Origin: Nitrososphaeraceae archaeon
GTDB taxonomy: Archaea; Thermoproteota; Nitrososphaeria; Nitrososphaerales; Nitrososphaeraceae
Direction: 5' to 3'
DNA: 64,000 nt
NCBI GenBank assembly: GCA_035297365.1
Contig: DATGZA010000026.1
Span: 1 to 64,000, forward strand
In this document: positions 10,524 through 21,612 of the stretch, in pieces
Position numbering within the stretch: the stretch's first letter is position 1
How the letters are laid out: every line of letters starts with the position of its first letter
Program-made: the position numbers and the translations under genes
Notes under the pieces: generated by a model
What the model saw: the letters and a program-made list of their open reading frames with translations, nothing else
Databases searched by the model: none
What the model was told of the DNA's origin: nothing

Positions 10524-11773
10524 TTATTTCTCTATTTTCCTTTTTAATTTATTAATTTCCTCATCTTTCTTCTTCTTCTTTTCGCCACCTTTCATTTTGA
10601 TTAATCTCTGCAGTGCGTTAAAGGTGTGCATTCTCCAGGCTTCATTACTTTCTCGTAATTCCTTGACTACCTTCCATAATTTATTTATCTGTTCGTCTTT
10701 CTCTTTTAGTTGGACATATATTACATTGTCTTTATCATGGAGTTTCTTTGATAGTTTGTTCTCTTGGTTTATCGTTAATGATTCTACAACCTTCATGTAT
10801 TCTCCTAGTTCTTTGAGATTACTTCCTCTAAAGTAGGAAACGTCCTGCCCAGTCCTGCTTTATATCCCATTAACGATTCCTTGACTGTATGGTTAACGTT
10901 GTTCTCTACACACCTGATATTGAAAATCTTTCTAAAGACGTGTGCACGCATTGTACGCTTTCTTATCCTTCCAGACTCAGCATGTTTTCCCGACTCTATT
11001 ACTGTCTTACTTTCAATGTTGGCGTCATATCTCAGACGTTCCAGCATTTTTTGAAATCCCTTCGAAGTATAAAATCCCTTCATTTTCACTCCATAAATAG
11101 AGTTTGTCCTATGTCTGATAAATGTTGAATCATTTGTTAGAGTCTCCCCTTCCTTCTCTGTACGGTCTTTAAAATAAATGTCTATAATGGAAGCACATTC
11201 AGGAGTACAGAACGTAACATATCTTTCATTTAAGTCAGCGGCGTACGGTACAAATCTGTAAAATTTGAAACCTCTAAAAATGACAGGTTTGATATCTTTA
11301 TAACGTAGTTCTGCAAGTCCACCTACACGCATACCGGTTGTTAGAAGTGTAAGGACTGCAACTTTCTCCGTCAGGTCCGCATGTTCAAGCAACAAACGTA
11401 TCTGTTCGTCAGTATAGAGTTCGTCATCTACTACCCGTTTGGGTTTACCCTTGAGTCTTGCTATTTGTTTCCAGTTGGGTATATTTTCCACCCCGTTTAT
11501 TTCATAAAATAACTTTATTGTTGCAGTCGATAGGTTGGCACTGGAATAGGAAACCTTATCCTTGTTAATCCTGTGGTCGATATACTCCCTTATTGCTTGA
11601 AACTTCCTTATCCGAAATCTCCAATAACTGTTCATATCTGTCAAAATCACAGAACTTCAGGAAATTTTTCAAATGATATCCATACGTAACCTTGCTTTCC
11701 TCACTATGAATTGCGTTCAGAAAGTTCTCATAAGATGTATTTTTGGACTTGTAAGACGCTTTTTACAATGCAT
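10524..11773 (-). pseudogene. Tyrosine recombinase/integrase with two frameshifts
   Basis: N-terminus from ATG 11773 (YENFLNAIHSEESKVTYGYHLKNFLKFC), frameshift ~11600, TGMRVGG, HVFRK, LMGY (usually LMGH), frameshift ~10850. The catalytic-Tyr segment DVSYFR continues into ORF 10524-10796. Confidence 0.9.
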
Positions 11774-12029
11774 TTTTATACGAAATCAGCATATTTAAGT
11801 TACAACTTCGTATCTAAAACGTAAGTTTCAGAAACAACTTTACAACTATTAGACATTCTTGACAGTCATAAAAAAAGATAATAAGAATGTATTCTAAATA
11901 ATAGTATGGAACCTGTGACAAAACATCATGAAAATATTCTTCGTATGAAAAAAGTAGTTAATTATATGCCAGAGAAATGGAACAATCTTTTTTTGAAAAT
12001 AATACAATTCACAACCTAATAAGTTGTAA

Positions 12030-13058
12030 GTGAATAATTTGGAACCAGATTTTAACCAATTACTTTTAACAGATAATTTTGACAGAGTTGCTAGAAAACT
12101 AAGAATTTCTGTGACAGACAAGTGTAATATGAAATGTATTTATTGTATGCCTCAACATAATATTAAATGGTTCGAAGACAAAGAAATTCTCAGTTTTCAA
12201 GAAATTGTAAGAATCACATCAATATTTGCAGATTTAGGTATCAATAAAATAAGAATAACTGGAGGAGAACCACTACTTAGACCCTACCTAGAAAATCTTA
12301 TTACTGATCTAAAAAAGATCAGCAAAATAAAAACTATCAGTATGACAACAAATGGTATGCTATTAGAAGAAAAAATAGATCAATTGTCATCTGCTGGAAT
12401 TACAAGCCTAAATATTAGTCTTGATACATTCAGTGAAGAGCGATTTAAAACACTCAACGGTATATCTAATTTGAATCGGGTTATAAAAGGAATTCAAAAG
12501 GCTAGGGATTTGGGATTAAAAATAAAAATCAATACAGTAGTAATACGAAATTGGAATGATGATGAAATTATAAATTTTGCAAAATTTGCAAGAGACTACA
12601 ACGTACTTTTAAGATTTATTGAATTTATGCCGCTTGATGGGACAGGTATTTGGAACAATGATCTGGTAGTAAGCAAGAACGAGATAATAAACAAAATTAG
12701 CTCTAATTTTATGGATATATTTCCTTTAAAAGATAGCAATTATCAATGTTCTGACCCCGAGACTATCTATAATTTCGCCGACGGTAAAGGAAAAATCGGA
12801 TTTATTTCTTCTATTACCGAGCCGTTTTGCAACAATTGTGATAGGGTAAGATTGACATCTGATGGAAAATTTCTTACTTGTCTATTTGATCAAAAAGGAT
12901 ATGATTTGAAATCGTTGATACGTAGTGGTAAGACAGACAAAGATATAATGGATTATATATATATGTGTCAAAAAAAGAAACCAGAGGGAATAGTAGAATT
13001 AATTAGACTAAATGCACTTAAACCAACCTTAAACCTTATGCATACAATAGGAGGTTAA
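12030..13058 (+). CDS. moaA: GTP 3',8-cyclase (molybdenum cofactor biosynthesis)
   Basis: LRISVTDKCNMKCIYC, ITGGEPLLR, RFIEFMP, FCNNCDRVRLT..GK..TCL, C-terminal IGG. Confidence 0.95.
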   Translation: MNNLEPDFNQLLLTDNFDRVARKLRISVTDKCNMKCIYCMPQHNIKWFEDKEILSFQEIVRITSIFADLGINKIRITGGEPLLRPYLENLITDLKKISKIKTISMTTNGMLLEEKIDQLSSAGITSLNISLDTFSEERFKTLNGISNLNRVIKGIQKARDLGLKIKINTVVIRNWNDDEIINFAKFARDYNVLLRFIEFMPLDGTGIWNNDLVVSKNEIINKISSNFMDIFPLKDSNYQCSDPETIYNFADGKGKIGFISSITEPFCNNCDRVRLTSDGKFLTCLFDQKGYDLKSLIRSGKTDKDIMDYIYMCQKKKPEGIVELIRLNALKPTLNLMHTIGG

Positions 13059-13687
13059 CTCATCGATTCTAGCAAAAAAAATCTATCTTTAACTATAAAA
13101 TTGTATGGGGTTTAAGAGAACAAATAGCTGGCGACGCTTTGATTGTTTATATAAAACTTCCAATTTCATTACGACATCTGAAAAAATAAAGTCTGATGAA
13201 CAATCGATAAATAGTGTAAAAATTATTGAATAAATCAAATCTTTACAACAAAATGTTCAATGTATCAAACAGGATAGATATATTATGTCTGTCACTGAAA
13301 ACACCTTTATCAGGTAACTCAGGCTAATATTGTTCCTATAAAAAAAGGATGGGTGGGTGGAAGGAACCATCAAGGGAAATATAATAGAAGTTGAGGAAAT
13401 ATTATTTGTTCTATATACTGCTTTGTTTAGTGATAAATTGACAAAAACGCATTTCTTAAATAAGTCTGAGGTCTTCTTTTTGGTTAAAATTAACAAAATC
13501 ATAGTTGTGAAAAAAAGAACTATAACCAGTTATTTTTATCATCCTTGTAGATTTTATATTCATATATTTATACAGCATCTTTTTATAATGAAATTTAAAT
13601 TTCCTGAAATTTGTCAGTCATTTTTAATATTATATGATATTCTTGTATTAGCAATTCTTAATAATAATTACAATTATTTTATAATTT

Positions 13688-14032
13688 ATGAAAATGAGAG
13701 AAGTATTCTTATTTACAAAATTAAGTTTTGTTACTACATTTATTATATTTACATTTTTGATAAATTTTATTTCCGAAGCATTTGGTTCAATTCAGGATAA
13801 TCTTAGTCTAATGATGCCAGGACGTAATATGACATTTGGTTCATCACTTGATAATGCTAAGATGCATTTGATGGAGGCAATTATGGATCTAGAGGAAGGA
13901 AATATCAATGGGGCATTAATACAATTAAACTTGACAGAGGATGGAATCAAAATGCATGAAAAGCAGATGAGAGATATGATGAACATGATAAGAACAATGG
14001 AAAATATGAGTATCATGAATTTTACAAAGTAG
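13688..14032 (+). CDS. Secreted Met-rich helical hypothetical protein
   Basis: Signal peptide and many Met residues. Confidence 0.65.
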   Translation: MKMREVFLFTKLSFVTTFIIFTFLINFISEAFGSIQDNLSLMMPGRNMTFGSSLDNAKMHLMEAIMDLEEGNINGALIQLNLTEDGIKMHEKQMRDMMNMIRTMENMSIMNFTK

Positions 14033-14151
14033 ATTAATCTATACTGATAATATGCGTTAATATAATTTTTTGAAAAACCACTTTTAATCTAAAACCTATC
14101 AAAAACTTAAAGTATGATAAACCTTAAATCATGTAGGTTTAATATAATTAC

Positions 14152-15792
14152 GTGACCCATAGGTCGAATTACGTTGCATTTTTATTTCTTGCAGGGATCG
14201 TTTCAGGAGTAGCTTCCATTGCAATATCTCTTCTGATAAAGGAATTTGGTGATGGCCTGTTTCTTCCAGAGCTTGCATCACAAGCATTATTTTCCTTAAC
14301 CCCTGGGGAATTTGAATCCCAGGCAACAGAGACTTTAGGTCCTCTTGCCAAATATTCTACATTTATAGGAGCAGTAATCACAAATATCTTAATTTATGGA
14401 CTCTCTGCAATATTCCTTGGAAGAATATTTATTAAATCTGGTATTACTGGATATTTTAAGAAAGTAGTCTTATCGTCATCAATATTGTATATATTATTAG
14501 CGTCAATTGCAATCTTGTTAGTAACAACAATTCAAGCTAGAAGTGGTATTCAAATAATCCCTTTTTATGTGATTATGTTCTCTCTTATACCAACACAAAT
14601 AGTATTTGGACTGCTTTTTTCATCCTTTTCGAAAAAAGTTGTACCAGTACAAAAAGAACATCTTACCACAAATGTCATAGATGATAAGAGTGAACTATAC
14701 TATGGAAGAGGCGAATTTATCCGTCTTATCATCGCGTCTATTATTTCTCTACCTGTTATTTTTTTTGGACTAAATCGTTTGTTTTCAATACAAGAAGATA
14801 AGGAAACAACTAAAAATTTACCTAATCTGATACCCAAATCCATATCAATTCCACAAGGATTCAAAGACCCAAAACTTGCATCTCTTCTTGCCTCAGAAGT
14901 TACGCCAACATATTTATTTTATCGCATAGATATAAATCCAGTTATTCCAGAAGTTGATGTCAATAGTTGGAATCTTAAGATAAATGGATTGGTGGATAAT
15001 CCAATATCGTTAAGTTATGAAGAGATAAAGGCAATGCCCTCAATTGAAGAATATGTTACCTTAGAATGTATAAGTAACAAGATAGGCGGAGATCTTATTG
15101 GTACTGCATTATGGAAAGGAGTACGTCTCAAGGACATTCTTGCGAAAGCAATAGTTAATTCGAATGTAGAATATATAGTATTCCGATGTTCTGATGGTTA
15201 TGATGTAGGAATACCTCTCGCGAAGGGACTGATGGATGAAACGATATTAGCCTATGAAATGAATACTACTCCTTTAACCTCCAAACATGGGTTCCCACTA
15301 AGAGCAATTGTACCTGGGTTTTACGGTATGATGAATCCAAAGTGGATAACTGAAATAGAGTTGGTCAGTGATGTCTATGAAGGATATTGGCAAAGAAATG
15401 GATGGACTAATCTAGCAAACTATCAAACTGGCTCATCAATCGTAATTCCGGGACGATCTCCGATACGCCAGAGATTTAGAGGATTAGATGAAATTTCTAA
15501 CAATTCAATTAATAATGCTGTGCCTATTGCGGGGATAGCTTTCGGAGGTGATCAAGGAATTTCCAAGGTTGAGGTAAGTACAGATGGTGGTTCTACATGG
15601 AAGACTGCTCAAATAAAGGATCCACTCTCAAGATACACTTGGGTGCTTTGGACAGCAGGATATGTTCCGCCTGATGCAAAAAATTACAAAATTATAGTGC
15701 GAGCAACGAACAAAACTGGAAAAGTTCAAACTTCTGAATTAACCAAGCCATTTCCAGACGGAGCTACTGGATATCACACAATCACAGTATGA
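14152..15792 (+). CDS. Membrane-anchored sulfite-oxidase-family molybdopterin oxidoreductase
   Basis: About 5 N-terminal TM helices; TLECISN (Mo-ligating Cys), HGFPLRAIVPGFYG..PKWI, C-terminal dimerisation domain (KVEVSTDGG.TW). Confidence 0.9.
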   Translation: MTHRSNYVAFLFLAGIVSGVASIAISLLIKEFGDGLFLPELASQALFSLTPGEFESQATETLGPLAKYSTFIGAVITNILIYGLSAIFLGRIFIKSGITGYFKKVVLSSSILYILLASIAILLVTTIQARSGIQIIPFYVIMFSLIPTQIVFGLLFSSFSKKVVPVQKEHLTTNVIDDKSELYYGRGEFIRLIIASIISLPVIFFGLNRLFSIQEDKETTKNLPNLIPKSISIPQGFKDPKLASLLASEVTPTYLFYRIDINPVIPEVDVNSWNLKINGLVDNPISLSYEEIKAMPSIEEYVTLECISNKIGGDLIGTALWKGVRLKDILAKAIVNSNVEYIVFRCSDGYDVGIPLAKGLMDETILAYEMNTTPLTSKHGFPLRAIVPGFYGMMNPKWITEIELVSDVYEGYWQRNGWTNLANYQTGSSIVIPGRSPIRQRFRGLDEISNNSINNAVPIAGIAFGGDQGISKVEVSTDGGSTWKTAQIKDPLSRYTWVLWTAGYVPPDAKNYKIIVRATNKTGKVQTSELTKPFPDGATGYHTITV

Positions 15793-16047
15793 GAAATTAC
15801 TTTCAAGTTCCTATGGAAATTCAAAGGTAAAAAATAAAGAAACACAAAACTTTTCAATCAAATCATGCTTATTGAATATATTTATTGAATATATGAAATA
15901 TCATCACCTCAGATATGTTCCTCATTCCGTAGAATTAAATAACTAATGATAATGATTTATAAATAAATTTATTATTCAAAATTAAAATAATCAAATTGTA
16001 ATTTTATAATTGATTATTTATGATGTTGCTCGGTTAAAAAATTTACG

Positions 16048-16743
16048 TTAACACTTGTCAATGAATTTATTTACAGGCTTGAATCCAATCAATAATGCAA
16101 ATTCCAACCATCTCCAGTAACAATCAACATCTACAAATCCAATTTCCAGAAGCCATTGTATTTGAATATCTGTTTTAGTCAATCTTTTTTCATGTTCTTT
16201 ATTTACCGGTTTTCTTGCTATCATTTTTCTAAAATATTTACTTAATCTTATTGAGTTTGATGAAATATGATCAAGATTACAAAAAATACCTCCTGGCTTA
16301 AGAATGGAAAATATCTCAAAATACAAATCTTTTTTGCGTTTATGTGTTAAATGATGTATGGCAAGACTTGATATTATTGCATCAAACTTCCCTAAGGTGG
16401 ACGGAAGCTCATAACTTAAATCATGTTCAACTATTTTGACTAAAGGATCTGATAAAAATTGCCTTTTTAGTTCAATTAACATATGGGGAGAAAAATCTAA
16501 TGCTACATATTCTACTTTTGGTAGTTTCTCTTTTAACAATTTTATCAATCTACCATTTCCTGACCCTATATCAAGAACTCTTTTGGTTTTTTTAGATATG
16601 AACTCGCATAATACAGATTCACCCTCTGTCCTATGTGGGATTTGTTCTACTTTATTCAAATAATCTTTAACTCTTCTAGAAGTTAACCATTTACTATGAT
16701 CGTCTATTTTTCGCGTGTTGTTTTTCTTTTCTTTTTTTCTCAA
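16048..16743 (-). CDS. Class I SAM-dependent methyltransferase
   Basis: VLDIGSGNG, LDFS, FDAIISSLAIHHL, LKPGG. Confidence 0.9.
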   Translation of the reverse strand: MRKKEKKNNTRKIDDHSKWLTSRRVKDYLNKVEQIPHRTEGESVLCEFISKKTKRVLDIGSGNGRLIKLLKEKLPKVEYVALDFSPHMLIELKRQFLSDPLVKIVEHDLSYELPSTLGKFDAIISSLAIHHLTHKRKKDLYFEIFSILKPGGIFCNLDHISSNSIRLSKYFRKMIARKPVNKEHEKRLTKTDIQIQWLLEIGFVDVDCYWRWLEFALLIGFKPVNKFIDKC

Positions 16744-18371
16744 ATAATCTTAAAGGAGAATAAATATTATAAGTAATTTTCGAGTATATTTAATACAATC
16801 TTTCAAAAAACTTCAAATATATTAAGAATGGCAAAGTAAATCTGTTTTTTCTGCTATTGTAAATAATATATATTTAATAACTAAATTTAGTATAGCTAAA
16901 ATCAATGATACTCTTTTTTCATCTTATTTGATTGAAATAAGATAACATGACTTTACAAAATAGAGTAATTTTATATTATTAAGGGTTTGTAGGTAACAAA
17001 GTAAATAATTTTTCATATTCACAATGTGTATTTATTGCTTTTTATAGAATTATTCCTTCACTTCTTTACAGGGTCTTTTGGGTAATATTCTATGTTTTAG
17101 AAATCTCATACTCAAGACAAAATGAAGTAGCAATTGATTTCGCTATGAGAACTATTATGATTTTGTTACCAGCTTTAACAATTCAGATAAAAATGTAAAA
17201 TAATTTTGTTTAATTTGTTTAATTACTTTTCTGATAATTAAATTATAATGCAAAATGAAAAAATAATACAAATAAAACAACTAGGCGAAATATATGGATA
17301 TGAAGAAAATATTGAAATCTTAATTAAAATATTGAAATTTGATAAAAAAACTCGATTTGTAAATTAATTGATATGTAAATTAATTAATTAATTAAACATG
17401 GCTTATAGAATAATATCTTGAGAGATATTCGAAAAGTTACAATGCTACTTCAGAGGATTAATAGAACGAATGTTTGGGACGGAGGAAACAAAGTATATCA
17501 TCAGCTATAACGCAGATTCAGATTTAAGAAACAATAATCAGAAAAGATTTGTATTAATCATAAATATAGGATGTAACTCGTGCGTTCGAAACATATAACA
17601 ACATGGAAAAAGTCTAGAAATAAAAATGACATTATATGTTAGATCAAATTAGCCAACAGTACATATGTAATAAATTAGTTGTAATCTTTATTTTTAATGA
17701 AACGATTGTATGCTGGAAAACATGACCTCATTTATTCTAACACAGTTTAGCGGATTGGAGTTATAACTAAACAGTCAATAAGCGTAAATTAAATATATCT
17801 TAAATGTGAAATGAAATGAATTTGTTTTATTAATATAATGATAATTGGACCATTTTTAGATAAGGAAGTAGATTTAGCTATCAATTTAAGATAATTTTAT
17901 AGCATGAAACTTTGGTGCTTCATAAAGTTCAGCTTACATTAACATAGCAAGATTTATCTTTAAAAACTTGATTCACAGTTTAATGACTATGTAAAAATAC
18001 AAATTTTAAATTTAGAAAATTTAAAAATAAATACACTGATATAGATAGATACCAGATCAATTAAACTTGATTTGGCTTTATCAAAAAAATTCACATAGAC
18101 GAACTCATTTATATAAAACTGCATTTAGATGATCCCAAGATGCTGCACGAAAAAGTTAATTTCAAATAATCAATTATGGGCTAAAGAAATCAAAGCGCTA
18201 TGAACTATTAATTATATAGTTTAATGGAAAAAGTATGTTCAAGTTATTTTGTGCATGCAGTATGACTAGTTAACGTTATATGATATTAAATCTACTGATA
18301 ATTAATTTTATTTTTGCCATTTTTACAACTAAAACATCTTATATAGCATTCAAATATTTACACAATAAATT

Positions 18372-19616
18372 ATGTATAATCCATCATCAAAAATTAATCA
18401 AGAGATAGATCCTAAGGATTTAAAAAAGAAAATGGATAATAATGACGATATTTTTCTTTTAGATGTCAGAACACCTGCAGAATATGAATCTTGGAGAATA
18501 TGTTATGATAAACATGAGAATCCAAAATTAATCCCTGTTGATCGTTTATTTGGAAATACATCTAACTTGTTAACGGAAATTCCAAAAGATAAAGAAATTG
18601 TAACAATTTGTGCTCATGGAAACAGATCTCTAATAGCTGCAAAATTGTTAAATCAACTGGGCTACAATGTAAAAAGTGTTAGGGGTGGAATGGCAGGCTG
18701 GAATAAAGTCTCTGACATCGCAGAGGTTCCTGTTTCTAAAAATGCTCCATTTCAGATATGGCAAATAAGAAGAATATCGAAAGGATGTATGGGCTATATT
18801 ATTTCTTCCAAAGAAGATAAAACAGCAGCAATTATAGATCCAAGTCGTGAAATTGAAGAGTCTTTTCTGATGATTGCAAATGAAAATAAATTAAAAATAA
18901 CCAAAATAATCGACACTCACCAACATGCAGATCATGTTTCGGGAGTTGCTAGATTGGTGAAAGATAAAAAAAATGATACCAACTCCGAAAATTGTTTTGC
19001 ATATTTTAGTTCATATGAAGATTATGATTTCAGCAAATCTAATCTTGATAATATAAAGTACATCCAAGATGGAGATGTTATATTCATAGGCCAAAATGTT
19101 GAATTGAAAGCAATTCATACACCAGGACACACAAACGGTAGCATGTCTTTTATTCTAGAACATAATTATACTGATAAGAACAATATCAATATTGATAACA
19201 ATGATACTCAAAATAGTTATTTATTTACTGGAGATACACTTTTCGTTGATGGTATCGGAAGACCAGATTTGCGAGATCAAGCTAGTCAATTTGCAGAAAT
19301 GCTATATGATTCCTACCATCAAAAAATCCTCAAATTTCCAATGAACACCGTAATTCTTCCTGCACATTTTAATGGAACTTCAATCACTTTAAAACATGCC
19401 ATTCCTATATCAGATACTATTGGTTCAATAATCAACAAGGTAAAACTTCTATCTATGCCCAAGAATGAATTTATTAAATTTGTAACTGATACATTACCTC
19501 CACGACCTATGAATTATAAGACTATAATATCAATTAACAAAAAAATGCCTACAGATGACGAAATACAAATGCCAGACTTGGAAGCAGGTCCTAATTCTTG
19601 TGCTATATCATCATAA
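18372..19616 (+). CDS. Rhodanese plus metallo-beta-lactamase (persulfide dioxygenase-like) fusion
   Basis: LLDVR..E, CAHGNRS, GGMAGW; THQHADH, HTPGHT, FTGDTLF..GIGRPDL, PAH; C-terminal GPNSCA. Confidence 0.88.
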   Translation: MYNPSSKINQEIDPKDLKKKMDNNDDIFLLDVRTPAEYESWRICYDKHENPKLIPVDRLFGNTSNLLTEIPKDKEIVTICAHGNRSLIAAKLLNQLGYNVKSVRGGMAGWNKVSDIAEVPVSKNAPFQIWQIRRISKGCMGYIISSKEDKTAAIIDPSREIEESFLMIANENKLKITKIIDTHQHADHVSGVARLVKDKKNDTNSENCFAYFSSYEDYDFSKSNLDNIKYIQDGDVIFIGQNVELKAIHTPGHTNGSMSFILEHNYTDKNNINIDNNDTQNSYLFTGDTLFVDGIGRPDLRDQASQFAEMLYDSYHQKILKFPMNTVILPAHFNGTSITLKHAIPISDTIGSIINKVKLLSMPKNEFIKFVTDTLPPRPMNYKTIISINKKMPTDDEIQMPDLEAGPNSCAISS

Positions 19617-19886
19617 AATCCATTTAATTTCTTTTTAGTTCTAATTTCAATTTTTGTTTGAAATAAAAATTCGTATAATATAAATTCAATTCCCATCAAC
19701 ATTTTTATTGGAAATTAGACTTGTTTATTTTATTATGTTTCTATGATGAAATCTTTATAAAAAATATTATCTTTCTTTAAAAAACTTAATAGATGATTAC
19801 TATTTATAATTGATAGAATTATTTAACCTCTCGAGAATTTATAATATGATCATATTATATAGTTGTATGACGTATATATAATATGA

Positions 19887-20210
19887 ATGGCTTTTGAAAA
19901 GACTAGTAATAAATTTCCTATGAAAGAATATCATACACAACATATGGAAAAAACTATTCTGAGATTTGTCATGGGGTTGCCAGAAAATTCATCAAAACTG
20001 CAAAAGAGAAATCATGAAAAATACTTTGGGCGACTTACTTATGTATGTAAAGAAATTGAATATGATATACTACATGGAGTTAAGATTGAGGAAGTGCTTT
20101 CTACTCTTAATAATATTAGAAATTATCCCTCTATTTTACAAGTTAAGGATAATGAAGATCTAATAAGACGATTGAACGAGATAGAAGAACGTTTTATTAA
20201 AAATAGATGA
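19887..20210 (+). CDS. Hypothetical protein
   Basis: Clean ORF with protein-like composition and an upstream TATA-like sequence. Confidence 0.65.
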   Translation: MAFEKTSNKFPMKEYHTQHMEKTILRFVMGLPENSSKLQKRNHEKYFGRLTYVCKEIEYDILHGVKIEEVLSTLNNIRNYPSILQVKDNEDLIRRLNEIEERFIKNR

Positions 20211-20515
20211 CGTAATATCCAAAATTGACTATCTTATCTTCATGTTTATGTATATTCATAAATTATTTACTATTGTCAATTTAATGAATTATAATCAAGT
20301 CTCAATTGGCTATTTAACATGTAAATTATATTTAATATCTAGAAATAAATTATGGAATTATTTGTACAACTTTTTAGTTTTTAGTAAGAAAGAATTGGAA
20401 GAGGAATAAAAATGCCACAAATACCACAAAATAATAATTTAAACTTCAATAAACAGAATAAAAATTTAGATAATAGAAATTGAGGGCGAGGTATATGAAA
20501 ATAATACTTTCTTAG

Positions 20516-21014
20516 CTATGGAAATAGATGTAAATGTATACCTTCTAGACTGAAAAGTGATCCGCTGCCCTGTAACTTAACATTAACTGGAGTATTATCC
20601 ATCCATCCTGCTTTTACTGATGCAGACCCAGCTAAATCTCCTCCCCCTCCTACTAATGTAAGGTTTTGGTTAACTGTGTTAGATGAATTACTCTTAATTT
20701 TAACCAATAATTCTTTATCATTTACTATATCAACTCCTGAAAGTTGTATTCCCTTGACTGAACTCATCAGATGATAAGTGGATTTAGAATAATGTGGAGG
20801 CATCATCTTCATCATTTCCCCCATGTCCATTCCTTTCATTTGTTGACCAGTTTGCATTGCTATGGAATTATTGTTAGTCATATCTTTACCAGTCATTTGC
20901 ATCTGAGAAAATACTTCATTATTAGTCCCAAAATGTGTTGAAGGTAATACCAATCCCAAAAGAAGAATTCCTGAGAGTCAATAGTAGATATTTGAAACTT
21001 AATTTCTGTTTCAT
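20516..21014 (-). CDS. Secreted Met-rich protein; signal peptide interrupted by a frameshift
   Basis: ATG 21014 MKQKLSFKYLLLTL, frameshift ~20975, then SGILLLGLVLPS...; M-rich segment QMKGMDMGEMMKMM. Confidence 0.6.
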
Positions 21015-21185
21015 AAATTTTAAGATATTCAAGTGTTTATATCTTTAGCTATAAATTAATTTAAGCAATTATTATAACCCTTCTAATTTCGCCATATCGT
21101 TATCTACAGGTATCTAAGATAGCCCATTCGTTATCTTTGAATATTCTCATTTTGAATAATGTATTATAAAGGTTAAATAGAAGAC

Positions 21186-21389
21186 TTGTATAGTAAATGT
21201 CTCCAAATGTATGTAGAAAAAACTAAAGCCAAAAATTATGCTACAATAATTGTGATAGCAATGGTTGTACTGTTTGTCTCTACAATAGCCGTAATATCAG
21301 TATATGATCTTATAGTTCACGACATATCAAATAATCTAAATGATTTGTGTGCAAGATATGGTTACCTTATATCTCCAGGCTGTCAATAG
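21186..21389 (+). CDS. Small membrane protein
   Basis: One TM helix and two C-terminal Cys. Confidence 0.5.
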   Translation: MYSKCLQMYVEKTKAKNYATIIVIAMVVLFVSTIAVISVYDLIVHDISNNLNDLCARYGYLISPGCQ

Positions 21390-21612
21390 TTGATTCAATA
21401 TGTTATAATGTATTGATTGACATTTAATAAGTAAAAATTTTTATCCTGAATCTCCTTCTAAGTAAAATAGTAATATTTTTTTATTGACTAGTTACAGTGA
21501 ACATTTATAGAAAAATTCTGAAATAGAAAAAAAATGAAAATAATTATAGTCACACTTTTTCTATCTCAATAATGAGCCCAAAATTTAAATTACAATCAAT
21601 AGTCGTTAACCT

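Larger units (their letters stand above)
3985..11773. mobile_element. Decaying integrated plasmid-like (cryptic) element
   Basis: Replication module (ATPase relic plus AEP primase) at one end, tyrosine integrase at the other, small DNA-binding and Zn-finger ORFs between. Looks more G/C-rich than its flanks by eye. att sites were not found, so boundaries are approximate. Confidence 0.8.

Noticed and set aside
9940-11610. Programmed frameshifting in the SWIM or integrase genes
   Set aside because: Multiple independent lesions and a catalytic substitution point to decay.
3985-11773. Provirus
   Set aside because: No recognisable capsid, terminase, portal or packaging genes.
3700-12000. attL/attR or tRNA target for the integrated element
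   Set aside because: I found no convincing direct repeat or tRNA at either end by eye.
13085-13250. MoaD/ThiS-like relic after moaA
   Set aside because: Only a weak TIKLYG similarity, with no C-terminal GG motif recoverable.
13257-13800. ORFs 13257-13502 and 13357-13800
   Set aside because: AT-rich F/I/Y-biased translations overlapping a better gene; probably spurious.
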